Assembly (NCBI RefSeq): GCF_009914755.1
Contig: NC_060925.1
DNA length: 64,000 nucleotides
DNA from: the human T2T-CHM13v2.0 reference genome, Homo sapiens
Strand: one strand, 5' to 3'
Shown here: piece by piece, positions 43,966 through 60,677 of the stretch
Numbering within the stretch: the first letter of the stretch is position 1
Layout of the letters: each line of letters opens with the position of its first letter
Notes under the pieces: generated by a model
Told to the model about the DNA's origin: nothing
Seen by the model: only the letters and a program-made list of their open reading frames with translations
Databases searched by the model: none
Program-made: the position numbers and the translations under genes

Positions 43966-44802
43966 CACAGTTACAATTAGAATGTCACGTACCTGCTTTA
44001 CTTATACATCTAAAGTATATTTTTCAAACTTTTATTGGCATTTTTACTTGACTTTAGCTATATAGACAACCACTCTTCAACTTTTCTGCAGGATTATTTC
44101 ATTCTTAAATATAATTCATAACATGAGGCATAATGAAGTCCACCGATTCCAAAAATTATCTGGTTATTTCACTTAGTGGCAATTGTGAAATTGTTTAAAG
44201 GGAAGAGCTTTGTTAATATTAAGTTTAAGAAAATCAGTTATAAAAGAGAAGTTTAAAGAGAAGAATGCATTATTTCCACTATTTGAATAATTTCTTTATT
44301 CAACTCTTTTCTTATTAAAGTTTCACAAACTGCTAACAAATTTATGTCAGCATCTGAATAATTTCAAGTTTCACAAATATCACTCAATTGTGACACTAGC
44401 TCTCCAAATAATAGAATGTTATATTTCTCTTGATCTTTAAGAAATAGATGTGGTCATAAAATGCAGATAGGCAATACAAAAAATAATTTTAAAAATATTG
44501 TTATCTGCAATGCTAATAATAAATAAAACAGTAGAATACCTGACATCGTAGTCAGAAAAACAAACTCTTCATTTTGGTAATGCATGAATGAATGTGTGAT
44601 GGCCTGGAAAATGGTTAGGTGAAATACATATTTTCTATGAATTTTTAAAAGGGCTTCTAAAACATTAAGCCACTAATTCCAGAGTATAAATAACAGCTGT
44701 AAGAATTTGTTTTATGTGTCATATTTAATTGAAAATAATGTGAAATAAAGGTTAAAGAATACCTTTATATTAAAAGTCATTAGAAATAAAAGCAAGTCAG
44801 TC

Positions 44803-45159
<357 letters not shown>

Positions 45160-45695
45160 TTAATATACACATAAATATAATAAATGTTGATGTTATTTTG
45201 CCACCAATAAATATACAATAATCATTTTCATAATGAATTAAGTAAACTAAGTGAAAACTAAATACGTTTCTTAACATAAAAATCACTGTCATTTAGAAAT
45301 AAAAGCATTTTATACAAAGAGTATGTAAATTGTGTTTTATATGTGATCTTTTGTTGTAAAATACTTATTTGGGATTGCTATAAAATAAATGATTGCAGAT
45401 ATAAAGAAAAACATGCTGAAAAATATCAATTCCTTGAAAAATCAATTTTTATTGAAAGAAGGTAGAGGACATTGTTATGCTGATAATAAAGATAATAGAT
45501 TTAGTCTCTGAATTCACAGTATCATTTGTACAGAAATTAATGGCTTGATTACTTAAATAGGGCAGGGTAAATAATAGCCTATATTCATTGATGGTGTGAG
45601 AAAATGGAAGGCAGGAAGGACACACAATTTACACTCATTATTGTCACTAAAAGAACCAGCATTACCTAGTCATCACTTTAAAAATAACCGTGTTG

Positions 45696-46020
<325 letters not shown>

Positions 46021-46700
46021 CTACACTGTGATATAATGATACTCACATATGCAATTTGTGCATTAATGTACCTTTTTCCTGCTTGTGGAAGGCAGTAGTT
46101 GTATGTGAAATCCAAGAATGACAGCACTGCTTCTCTGGGGCAGTTCTCTATTAAAGCTTTTTATACAAGCAAAACGCTGTGCATGTTGAAATATCTGTTG
46201 CCCACTTTTGCAGCCAAAATTTCTGTATTTGTGATTTGAATGTGGAAATACCCACAGTCACTCTCAAAAGGATTTATTTAATCCATGTCCTGATATCATT
46301 AGCACTGACAGCATTTAGGGTAACACTCAGGGAGATAAACACTTTTGATATATTTCTTCAAAGAATGTGTTCTGTCAGTGAATGTGTCCAAAAGCATCAG
46401 GGCATATAAACATTCCTCAAGTGGGTTTACTTATCAAGTATGAAATGACTGGGCCAGGAGAGTACTAGGGTTTTGACAGCTTGTGGTTTGAAATTAGCAT
46501 GACCCTTTGTACTCTTAAAGAGAATTTGTCTATTTTTATCTATCTTGATTCAAAAGGAAGGAGTCAATGCAAGAATTGCAAAGTAAGGGCAATTACAATT
46601 ATAATTATAAAAATCAATTTTAAATCAAGATCCCAGCACTGCAAAAAACACCTTGGAATAAGGCTCTGATAAATTGCCTTCTTTTCTCATGATTTTTCAG

Positions 46701-46793
46701 GCACAGCTATAGGAGAAGTCTGAAGATGAATCAAGTGACAAGAAGTTTGAAACAGCTTGCTAATTTATTTTCTGAGCCATATTTCTTGGCTAA
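46701..46793 (+). other. Candidate internal exon (93 nt) of an unidentified spliced transcript
   Basis: Branch-like ctgat at ~46666, pyrimidine tract ttgccttcttttctcatgatttttcag, donor aa|gtgagt; unique (non-repeat) sequence. Confidence 0.3.
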
Positions 46794-47860
46794 GTGAGTA
46801 TGAATTTCATTACTTCCATGAACATGCTAATCATGAAACTACCTATTATCCTTTAACTAAAGGGTCAATGGTTTTAGGTTTGGGAAGTAAACTGTTACAC
46901 TGTTTAAAAACACTCTTCTCTAAGGAAAAATAGTATTTTATGGCACATTAAATCATGACTAAATCTATTCTTGAGGAACTTTTCCAGAGAATTAAATGTA
47001 AACATTTTATGATAAAACTCCTATGATATAATATGAAATAGGTATCTTTAAGAAAACGAAGCTTTTATCAGCAGATTTTTCCCTCTTTCTGATGCAATGT
47101 AGTACATTTGATTAGGTAAGTTCACATTGACAAGCTAAGATAATTAATACAAATAAGTAACTTGTACAATGATAAATATTCTTTTTTTTTAAAAAAAAAG
47201 ACTATTATTGAAGCAGAATGAACTGCCGAAGTATAATCCTCATAAAATTAAGCAAATATCACAAGTAATGATTGAAGTTTCAAAAAGTCTCTCCGTGTGT
47301 GCAAACAACATAGCTTCGCTGATCATTATTTTGTTCTTTTATTTTATTGAAAGTCTATATATTGGATTTTTAAACAAACAGACAACCTAAATTCATAGTA
47401 ACTCTTCAATTAAGACTGAATGAATAAATGTAGGCCATCATGAGAACAAAATACTAATTTTTATCCTACCGCTTGTAAGCTCAAAATTAAGAGACCATAG
47501 ACGGGGATCTTATCCTCTTTCAATTTTTTATCCATTAAATTTGGTATGATAAATTTCACTTGCAGGTCCACAGGTCAGAGTCCTAGCTCATAATGGGTTT
47601 CTTACATATTTACTATTATACACATGCATATTTATCTCACAAGTGAAAAATCAAACCTTCTCACCTTTTAAAACATTGTGTTTAATTTATTAATGGTGAT
47701 TAACATTTTTATCTCACTCAATATGTGCTAATTGTCCCTGAAAAGAATATCATCTCTAGTAATGTTTCCCTTTGTCATTGTAATTAGATAGTGACTTTTA
47801 CCCTCCAACTAATTTGGGCAAAGCTCTTTTCCTTCAGTCAATGAAAAGACTGTAAGAGTG

Positions 47861-50342
<2,482 letters not shown>

Positions 50343-50852
50343 GAGAAGTTTTAGGGTTTGCATTAAATAAACAGGAATAAGAGTTATAAAAGAAAAAAAA
50401 AAGAGTGCAGAGTCGTGTAGCCAAATCTTTCAGTTGCTTTTATTATAGTATGCACGTTACCCCAAAAATTTCATTGCCCACCAAACAATGAAAACCAGCT
50501 ATTTCTCTTTCACGTGCAATTTAAAGAAGAAACCACAAATATTCACACAAACTAAGTACACATTTATCGTGCTCTGACCCTAAACATTTAAAACATTGTC
50601 CTTTAAGACAATGTTTTAAAAAAATTACTAGTTTTTCTTAATTTACTATATGTTATCCAGGAAAAGGGTCAAAGCTTTAACTTCATTTTGAAAGAGAAAA
50701 CACCTTATCATGAGGAGCAGATTGGAAAAGGTCATTTTTCCTAAGGCAAGATAACAAAAGTTTAATGGCTATCAAATTATTTGGAGGGAATGAGAGTTTC
50801 TCTAAGAATTTGATAGTCAGGATCCCTAACATTTACCTTTTTCCTTTTCTAG

Positions 50853-50894
50853 CGTCACTGCCTCGAAAGGAAGATGAAAATGCTCATAAGAAAT
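50853..50894 (+). other. Candidate 42-nt exon
   Basis: Canonical branch point ccctaac (50824-50830), pyrimidine tract atttacctttttccttttctag, donor aat|gtaagt. Confidence 0.4.
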
Positions 50895-51027
50895 GTAAGT
50901 GATCTTTATTGGTCTGTGACTTTTGTATAACCATAGTCTCTGGCGTGTGACTGCACTAAGCATTTCTTGTCAAAGCAGGTAAGGGAATTGAACACTTGTC
51001 TGAAGGAACCTGTGTCTGAAGGAAACT

Positions 51028-51062
51028 GTGTGTGTGTGTGTGTGTGTGTATGTGTGTGTGTC
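51028..51062. repeat. (TG)n microsatellite
   Basis: Direct reading. Confidence 0.9.
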
Positions 51063-53218
51063 TGCACATGCATGCATGTGTCCACATGCACATCTGTTCA
51101 GAAAGGTAAGGCATTTGAAGGAAAAGCGGGTAACTTAGGAAAGAAAACTTAGGAAAGAAAAAGGTAATTGTTGTGCTTTTTTTTTTTTCATTTTGAGAAA
51201 AATCAAAGTTGTATAGTTTACCTAGATCATTCTTAATGCATAATCATCCTTCCTTAATTTTCCTTCAGATATTCTATTAATTTTTCCTCAAAATAATTTT
51301 TCTTCAAAGAAACATGGTTATCAAGTTGGGAATAAATTGAAAAATAGTTTCCAATCTGTAAAGACTTTCTCACATGTGATAGAACACATTGTTGAGGAGA
51401 GATAGTTCTTCAATCTGTCATGAAAATGAATGAAATTTTATCTCCGATGTTGCAAAAACACCCCATGAGAATACAGGATATATTTGAGAAGGGGAGTAAG
51501 ACCCTTCCCTTTACCTGAGCCATAATCTTTTTGAAAAATAGATCGCTTAAAATACAGTCATTAAAAACTTTCTATAAATTACACGTTTTACTCAGAAAGG
51601 GAAACAGGATAGAGGAAGATGCATTTTAATGATAGATTCATTTCCCTGTAGAAAACTACTTAAACATAGTAATAAAAGCTGGGAAATTATGTCATCCAAA
51701 AAGCTGGGAAATTATTTCATCCATATTTCCTTTAACCTTTCAGGGCATCTACTCAAGTTTGTTCAGGGAGAGTCATCTTACACATACATAAGCAGACACT
51801 GTCAAATTTAAAATAAAAGATGAAAGGGAAAATCAACTTGAACATCATCAATACTCCCTGCTGTAAAATCCTACTCAATTTATGTTTTTTTCTTAGTTCA
51901 CAGAAAAGTTTCATATAAAATATAAAAAAGACAACCTCGCCCTGTGCTTCCACCTGATGGTTGCTCTTTCACATCGATCTCACCTGCCTGTTTCATCCCA
52001 GGAGCTGTGGGACCAGACCCCAGCACACATTGTCAGCAGCAGCTGCCTCTCAGCCAGATATGCCTAAGAGGAAACTGTGGGGTGTTTGTGAGCCTAGAGG
52101 GGGCTGGTTTGCCCTGGTTCAAAAATTAAGCTTTATAGAGAAGCTGACACCAGCTCTCTATAAAATGTCCTACCTGGCAGCCATCTTGAAGGTGAAAAAG
52201 TCTTCCTAGGGAACCTATTTTCTGAGGAAATGAGACCTACATCGACCCCATAAAGAAATGGTAACATGCTGAAGTTAGTTCACATTTGATATTTGATCTT
52301 TTCATTTTTGTGGGGAGGGGGTGCTTTGGAAAATCAGAGGAAGGTCACATACCCCAGTCTGATTGGTGGGAAAGGATCCAAAGGCTTCCTGGAGGAGGTG
52401 ATACCTGAACAGCCTAAAGAACAAGGAGCTTTTGTGTCCATCTGCTCATTCTTGGCAGAGCACTCCTTGAGGAAACAGGTTAATCATAGCTCATATCTAG
52501 TCAAATCATTTATTCTTACACATGTTTATTGAGCTCTTTGCTAGGAGAAAAACACTCCCAGAAGCAGCTTGGGAACTAGGAAGTGGCAGTCAGAAGGGAG
52601 AGAAGTGGATAAGGGAAATATGAAAGGAAATCAAGGATGAATCTCATATTTCTAGTTTAGGCGAATGGGTGGATAGTGGATCAGGGCAGCCACGTGCAGT
52701 TGTGCAGGTTGTAGACTCACAGATGCTGAAGGAGAGGTAAATTCTATGGAGAAGAGCCTTATTCTTGATCCCACAGTACCACCACTTAATATATGATGTT
52801 GGAATGGACTACAATTGAGAAAACTGTTTTGATTTCTTAAAAGCAAGCCTGTTCTTTCTTGAGTAAACCAAGAAATCTACTTGGCTGCTATATTCACTTG
52901 GCTCCTTAATTTTCAAACATCAAAAATCTCTACTGTGAATCATTTATGTCTTCTCCCTATCTCTTCTGTCTTTAGAATATTTTGACACCTCTACCAGAGG
53001 AGATTTTAGGATTTCCTGCTTAAAGAAAGCTTGAAAATTAGGTATGAAACTGAATTATCAGTTATTAATATTGTTAATTAACAATGGGGTTATTGATATA
53101 GTTGTATCAAGAACACCCATTATTATTAAATTCATAAACAAGATTGCCATTAGTTTTTAGAATTATTTCAAGCTACAATTTGATCATCTTATAATAGTGG
53201 TAATGCCCTTGTTCCCTT

Positions 53219-53509
53219 CTTTTTTGAGATGGAGTCTTGCTCTGTTGCCCAGGCTAAAGTGCAGTGGCGCCACCTTAGTTAACTGCAACCTCCACCTCCA
53301 AGATTGAAGCAATTCTCCTGCCTCGGCCTCCCAAGTAGCTAGCACTACAGGCGTGAGCCACCATGCCTGGTTAATTTTTTTGCATTTTTAGTAGAGATGA
53401 GGTTTCGCCATGTTGCTGAGGCTGGTCTTGAACTCCTGAGCTCAGGCAATCTGTCTGCCTTGGCCTCCCAAAGTGCTAGTATTACAGACCTCAGCCACCA
53501 TGCCCAACC
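53219..53509 (-). mobile_element. AluS
   Basis: tttttgagatggagtcttgc...ctcctgagctcaggcaatc...gccaccatgcccaacc. Confidence 0.93.
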
Positions 53510-54254
53510 AGATATTGGATATTTAGGCTACACTTCTACTGTTGTTTTCTAGAAAATATTGCATGGTCTTTAGCGTAGAAAGAGAATTGATTAAAGGTCA
53601 TTAGCTTCTAACGGCTATTACTTGAACAGATGTGTATAAGCCTAAACAATAACAAACACTCTATATTTTTACCAAAAGCAACTTTATCCACATGTCTAAG
53701 GCAAATAAAGTTTGTGCCAGGTGAAAAGCTCTGAATGTTAATTTTAATGTTTGCAGTCCTCCTTAGACAAGGTTAGCGTAAGTAGAAATGGAGAGCAAAA
53801 ATATTCAGTAAATGGCATGCTTATTAGCAAGACAATATGGTTTTCATGCATTTCTAGTTAAGAGCAAGCATGGGGGTGGGGCAGAATGAGGAGGCACAGA
53901 TTTAGATTTAAATGTTTTCATTATAAAGTCCAAAGTCACTTTCTTTAGGCATGCAAGCTGTGGATAGCTTCAGTCTCAGCATGCAGGCTGTGGATAGCTC
54001 CCTACAGAGTCTTCTTTATTTTCATAAAGATCAACTCGCCATCCTGTGCACCAAATAACTTTGCATTTGATAAGTGCTCAGTAATTTCTTGATACATATG
54101 GTCCAGAATGTAAATCCCAAACCAAGGGCTAAATACTGTCACAAATACACAGACTGGTAGAAAAATCTGATTATGACTAAATTTACTGGAATTATATTTG
54201 GCTAAGTGAAATAAATGTCTCCATTCAAAAAAAATTTAAAAGGCATTGTTCTGA

Positions 54255-54600
54255 ATGAAACAGAAATGTATTTCTCTCCTTTATAAGGTTCTGGAACTTG
54301 GTAGTCTAGGACCAGTATGGTGGCTCTATTCTATCAAGTCCTCAGGAATTTAGGATTCCTTCAAAGTCATTCATTCATCATCTTTTGGGTGCGTCCTTCC
54401 TGCTCATGCTCCAAGTTGTTATCCATACAGGCTGCGTATGAAAAGAGAGAGAAATTTTTTTTCTCAAGAGACTAAAGGGCATAGGCTAGCTTAATCTCAA
54501 CAGAGCTTTCTGGAAGTGTCCCCAGAGCATCCTCATTTAAAACACCTCGTTTAAGTCATCAGTCACTTGACCATATCTAGGGGCCAACTGCCAAGGATTT
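54255..54600 (-). mobile_element. MaLR LTR, MLT1J-like remnant
   Basis: ggtagtctaggaccagtatggtggctct...ctcaggaatttagg...ctttctggaagtgtcc...agtcacttgaccatatctag. Confidence 0.55.
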
Positions 54601-54784
54601 TTTTAAAGTACAATTCTAATGGAAGGAGGGAGAACAGGTATTGGAGGATTAGAGTTCTTGGAGAATCACCAAGGTGATTCCATCGAATTGATGAAGTAAA
54701 ATGCATTATTGAAATGATGTTTTTCACTACAAAGTGTTCTCTATTTCTTTTCTCAGCTGAGAGAAGACTATAAGAAAACAACAC

Positions 54785-55148
<364 letters not shown>

Positions 55149-55386
55149 TTAACACCCTGAAATCCTCTGAACACAAGGTAAGGCGTGGAGCTGGGGGGAG
55201 AGGAGAAAGATGTGATGGCAGAGCAGTAAATGGACGTTTCAACCAATCACATGTCCTCATCTTGCACAGTGTTCACTGGGGTGCATGTGAAGAGTTCCGG
55301 TTTGTAGACAAAAATCTTTTTTCAGAAAGAAATATCTTGACTTTGAAAGTGTTTGAATCCATTTTAGAAATATACTTTAAGTCTCA

Positions 55387-55667
55387 GGCCAGGTGCCGTG
55401 GTACACGCCTGTAATCTCAGCACTTTAGGAGGACGAGGCCGGCAGATCACCTGAGGTCAGAAGTTTGAGACCAGCCTGGCCAACATGGTGAAACCCTGTC
55501 TCTACTAAAAGTACAAAAATTAGCCAGGCCTGGTGGCACACGCCTGTGATCCCAACTACTCAGGAGGCTGAGGCAGGAGAGTTGCTTGAACCTGGGAGGC
55601 AGAGGTTGCAGTGAGCCGGGATTGCAGCAGTGCACTCTTACCTGGGTGACAGAGCAATACTCCGTCT

Positions 55668-55740
<73 letters not shown>
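55387..55740 (+). mobile_element. AluSx with long A tail followed by (TA)n
   Basis: gatcacctgaggtcag; A run 55669-55699; TA repeat 55700-55740. Confidence 0.94.
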
Positions 55741-55742
<2 letters not shown>

Positions 55743-56921
55743 TACACCAAATTTATAACCTTTTGAATATCCTGTCCACTTACAGTTGCATAATTAATTG
55801 ACTAATTATATTCTATTACTTTTGTGGAAAAAATATGTCTGTGCTCAATGTAAGGATTGAGCATCTACCCTGTTATTTCTCTACCCACCCTGACCAAGAC
55901 TTGTGGACTCTATTTGAAGTTTCCAGTTTATTCCAATAGTTCCATTTTGTTCCAGTTTTAAGTTTCATGTTTTAATATCATTTTAGAAAAAATGGAGTAG
56001 GCCTATATTTCAATATGTTAAATAGTATATTCAGCAGGGTACAACCACCGATACATTAGTCTGCAGAGTATATGGTTAGTATCATTAGGGAAAAAAAGTC
56101 AAAATCTGGCCTCACATTTCATGAAAGCTGTAAACTAAATCACTTTGATCTTCATTTTCTTCACTTTGATTCTCACAGAGTATTTACATCCTCTTATGTT
56201 TAAATGACCCCATGAACCCATGAGAGTTTCAATAGCCAGTTAAAACACACAGTATGTTTTAAAAAACCAAACATAATTTAGTAAGTCTACTAAAAGCTGA
56301 TAGCATTTCTCAGACTATAACCAGCATTAATTATCCTTCCTCTTTCTTGAGTAAAAAATTAGAAGAAAAGGAAAGGGCATAACCTTAGTCCATCTCTGTA
56401 GTAAAGATTGCAACAACAATAAAACATAAGGAAATATGTTTTGTTAAAATATGAAGGTTAAGATTTGAAGACTTCCCCAGATACCTCACACGGCTACAAT
56501 GTGTTTATACTGATTATAAACAAAATCAATTTAGATACTGATATTTAGCTTGATAAATATTTAAAATAATAAAGTTTAAGATAGAAGTAGATGTAAACAC
56601 AGAAAAGTTATTTTATGCAAACTTTTAGTTGCAAATTCACCAATTCTTTACATTTTGGGACATTTGAAAGTGTCTCAGTTTGATTTGCTATTTAATCAAA
56701 ACAATGAAAACCCTTAAGTATAATTTGAATTGGTAACTAGTTAAATTTGGGTACAAATCCTATACTTCATTGGGGTAAAATAATACAAGCATAACCCATG
56801 AATTAAGTAGCTACATAGCACTAAGACAATATAAGTGAAATTTAGAAGCTAAAAAAACAAAACAAAACAAAACAAAAAGGAGATCTTTCAGGAAATAAAT
56901 AATCCAATGCCAATACTGCTA

Positions 56922-56995
56922 TTATCTATCTATCTATCTCTCTATCTCTCTACCTATCATCATTTATCTATCTATCTGTCATCTACCTATCTATT
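56922..56995. repeat. Compound (TCTA)n-type tetranucleotide STR
   Basis: tatctatctatctatctctctatctctctacctatcatc... Confidence 0.8.
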
Positions 56996-57325
56996 CAAAG
57001 CCAGAAATTATTTGAGAGTTTATAAATATTTATGCAGTGGTTAAAGATTTTCTCAAAATTGAGAAAGAAAAATAAAGAGTAGTCTTTTTAGTATTGTGAA
57101 TTAGATCTTTCACAGAAAGGAACATATAGATTTATCATGTCACAACAAGATTATAACACTGATTTTAGTCAAAATATGTGTAACACAAGTATTATAAATT
57201 ACATTTTTTAAAATGATAATATTCATAACAACTGCCCAAAAAAGACAAGGCAATAGTTGGATTAATTTGAGTTGAATGCTACTATGTAGGGATCTTGAAG
57301 AGTAACCTGCCCTAGATGATGTCCA

Positions 57326-57903
57326 TGTTTGGTATCTTTTGCTGCATAACAAACCACACTAAAATTTAGTGGTTTATAACAGCCATTTATTATCTGTTAC
57401 TGCTTTTATGTTGACTAACTCTGGATGGTGATTCTACTATTTTACGTCATATTGGATAAGACAGCAGTCATCTGCAGGTTCAGTTAGCCTGGAATATAAA
57501 GATGGTTCCTCACATGACTAGCAGTTGATGCTGGCTGTTGAGTGGAAACTCAGCCAGAACTTTGCCCAGTGTCAGTGGGTGGCATCTTAGTGTGGCTTGA
57601 GCCTCTCATACCATGACTATTGAGTCGCAAGGAATGTTACAACAGGGAGTATTCCAAGGGATCCAGTCAAAAGCTGCCATTCTCATAGGGCTTGGGTTTG
57701 GAATTTAGAGAATGTCACTTGTGCTCATTCCATTGATCAAGTATGTCACTAAGTCACCCAGTTTCTAAGGCACAGAATTAGACTCCACCTGTTGATGAGA
57801 AACTAGCAAGATCTCACTGCCAAAGTGCACATGGGATAGGAATTATCGCACATGGGATAGGAATTATCATTGAAGATATTTTGGACAAATGTGATTGGCC
57901 ATA
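57326..57903 (-). mobile_element. MaLR LTR, MLT1H-like
   Basis: gctgcataacaaaccacactaaaatttagtgg..., gcagttgatgctggctgttg, ttagactccacctgttgatg; perfect 21-bp tandem duplication at 57827-57868. Confidence 0.8.
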
Positions 57904-58826
57904 AGAATGATTCAGAAAATTTAAGATATTACATGTACAATATCTTAAATTTTCTACATGTTGTCTTGCTCACACTGACTTGCTCTCTCCTCACTAGCTA
58001 TGTGTACCAGAAAAAAAAAAAAAACAGAATACCCACTGAGGGTACTGGTATAGTAGCAATATTGCAAAAAGTTCAGCTAATCTCTCTTAAGAAAAACAGG
58101 ATTTTTATTCTGACCAAATTATGTCTTTCTAATTTGGCAAGTGGTACTAAGCTGCCATTTCTTGTATTGAAATACAGGAACTGCATTAAAATAATGAAGA
58201 TATTAGGTGTTTTTAAACTTTTTTCTTCTTGTGTAATAATCCAGATAAGAAAATCTGCTTAAAACAAATGAATGGCTTAATGAATTATCATTAGGTGAAC
58301 CACCTTGGAAAAACCTTCCAAGAAGTGCCTTCATGCACCCCACCCAATCAGAGCCCCTTCCCTCCCTCAAATTTAACCACCACCTTGCCTTTGTAGTCAT
58401 AATATTATCATTTCATTATGTTTTAATCACTCAGTACACATCCTTAGATACTACGTCCTAATCTTGTCTAGTTTTTAAAATTGGTTAGTTGGTTAAATCT
58501 TTTTAATCTGCAGGCTTCCCTTCCATCCCTTTCTTAATCTGTTGAAGAAGCTAGATTCCCTGTTTATTGCCTAATCACTTTTTAAAAAATATTAAGATAA
58601 GTTTATGCTCCATACCTATGTTCGTTAATTTGATATGAATTTCAAATATTGATATTTTGATTCTATAATTTGTTTTATATATTAAACTGAAATGATTATA
58701 TAAAAAGACGCTTTATCTCATCTACTAGTTTACTTAGTAATACAGTTTATATAAAAATGACTTGATTCTCTCCCCTAAGGTTTGATATATTTACCCAGGT
58801 TTTAGATAATGAATTGATTTTCAGTT

Positions 58827-59240
58827 CATGGAAGGCAACTTCCAAGACGGCCCCCAATAATTCTGCCCTCGTTTAATCTGTGGGCTGGCCCAAATGATTC
58901 GCTTTTAGTAAAAAGAATATGGCCAAGTATGGAGGCCATATTTGAGATTAGGTTACCAAAAGCCTGTGTCTTCTGTCATCGTCACATTGTCTTGCTCTCT
59001 CCCTCACTAGCCATGATAGAAGTCAGCTACCATGCTATGAATTGCCCTATGGAGAAACCCATGTGGCAAAGAACTGATGTCTTCAACCAACAACTAGTGG
59101 CTACCCAAGGCTTGTCAATAGCCACATGAGTAAAATTCAGAGCAGACTCTGTCCCAATAGAGCCTTGAAACTGTGAGATAAATAATTACTAAATGGGGGG
59201 GGGGGGGTAATTTGTTACTTAATAAGAAGTAACAAATATA
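58827..59240 (+). mobile_element. MaLR LTR, MLT1E/F-like
   Basis: ccaagacggccccca..., gagattaggttacca, gccctatggagaaacccatgtggcaaagaactga, aactgtgagataaataa. Confidence 0.75.
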
Positions 59241-59523
59241 ATATCCAAAACTGAACTCATGGATTTAAATTGGTTGATGGTTTTAATTTACTAACATGCT
59301 TTACTTTATTGAAGCTCAGACTGCCTCATTTGGGAAAAATGGGGATCTTTGTTCATGACTATTAGTTTTTGATAGTCCTGCTCATCACATTGACAAAATT
59401 TGTTCTATGCTAATTTTGTATGTTTCCTGACCCAGACTGGATTCAACCATTTTCTAAGAAGCCCTAATTTCCTTCATTCAATGGAAAAATGGCATTTCAA
59501 AAACACAATCAAGGTTATAAGTA

Positions 59524-59797
59524 CAATTGACCTTAGAACAACATGGGTTTGAATTGCATGTGTCTACTTACATGCAGATTTTTTTCAATAAATAAAGTTG
59601 GTCCTCTGTATCCAGGGTTCTGCATCTACATCCACATATAGAAAGTTCAGTATTCATGGGATGTGAAACCCGCATAGGAAAGGCATACTTTTCTATAGGC
59701 AGGTTCTGCAGATCCAGCTGCAGGACTTGAATATTCATGGAGTTGGTACACATGGGGGTCCTGGAACCAATACCCTGAGTATATAGAGTAACTACTC
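59524..59797. mobile_element. MER8/MER2B-type (TcMar-Tigger) MITE
   Basis: caattgaccttagaacaacatgggtttgaa ... gggggtcctggaaccaat; TA flanks. Confidence 0.82.
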
Positions 59798-60677
59798 TAC
59801 AGTCATTGTTACTGAGTTGGTTATTGTTTTTAGGCCCTTTAGATTAGATATATGAAGATAAAATACCTCCTGACTTTACACTTGGCATCCAATTAAAATT
59901 CTCAACTACAGGATTTTACTTTCTTTCTTCTATATTACATGTGTTTATTTTCTTCCACATTGAGAATCTGGTTCTCAGGTACAGAAGATATAATATAATT
60001 TGATTATCCTAAAATGACTCAGTTTCTTCATCATTTATTTAATGACTGCATATGACAAATACACAACACACAAACTTCAGAGTCTCTAAAGTCAAATGCT
60101 TGTGTGGGAATCCTTGGGAAATATTCCATTGTCCTATCCTTGGTAGTACACTTATTTAAAACATTTTCAACCAAGACAATCCATTATTTTAAAAATACAT
60201 TCAAAGATAAGTATTTAAAAGACATACTAAGATGAATATTCAAATAAAATTTGGTAAAAGCTTAACATTTCTTTTTCAGAGAGTGAATTAAAATGCTTTG
60301 GTTTAAACCTTTTTGCCTGTATTTTTATGGACTCAGTGAAAATACAGACTTGTAGTCTTTACATAGTCACTTGCCACTTACAATAAGAAATTTTTAAAAA
60401 TAGTAGCCTGCATTCTTTTCTTTTCTAGAAAGTGATTATTATTCCCCCTATTATTGCTTGTATATATATCTTTCCAAGCTAGATCTCAGCTTTATATTTC
60501 AAAGCAAATTATCCTAGCTTGTTACTGTCCAATCCATCTGTTGATCAATTAACATATCTAGAAAATTTTAGTAATGATAAGAATAACAACAACAAATGAA
60601 ATATATACTATTTATCTATTGAGCATGTATTATCACTATGCTAAGCATTGTACCTTTATTATCACATTTAAACTATA

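Larger units (their letters stand above)
58215..60010 (-). mobile_element. Ancient L1MC4/ME-type 3' end, interrupted by MLT1F and MER8-type elements
   Basis: gcttaatgaattatc...ggtgaaccacc, ctgttgaagaagctag, ccattttctaagaagccctaatttcc, ttggcatccaattaaaattc. Confidence 0.6.

Noticed and set aside
52091-52106. CTCF site in agcctagagggggctg
   Set aside because: Only a partial match; three core positions disagree in the best alignment.
53949-53999. Direct repeat gcatgca(a/g)gctgtggatagct with 30-bp period
   Set aside because: Only two copies; an ordinary small tandem duplication, like those at 49272 and 57827.
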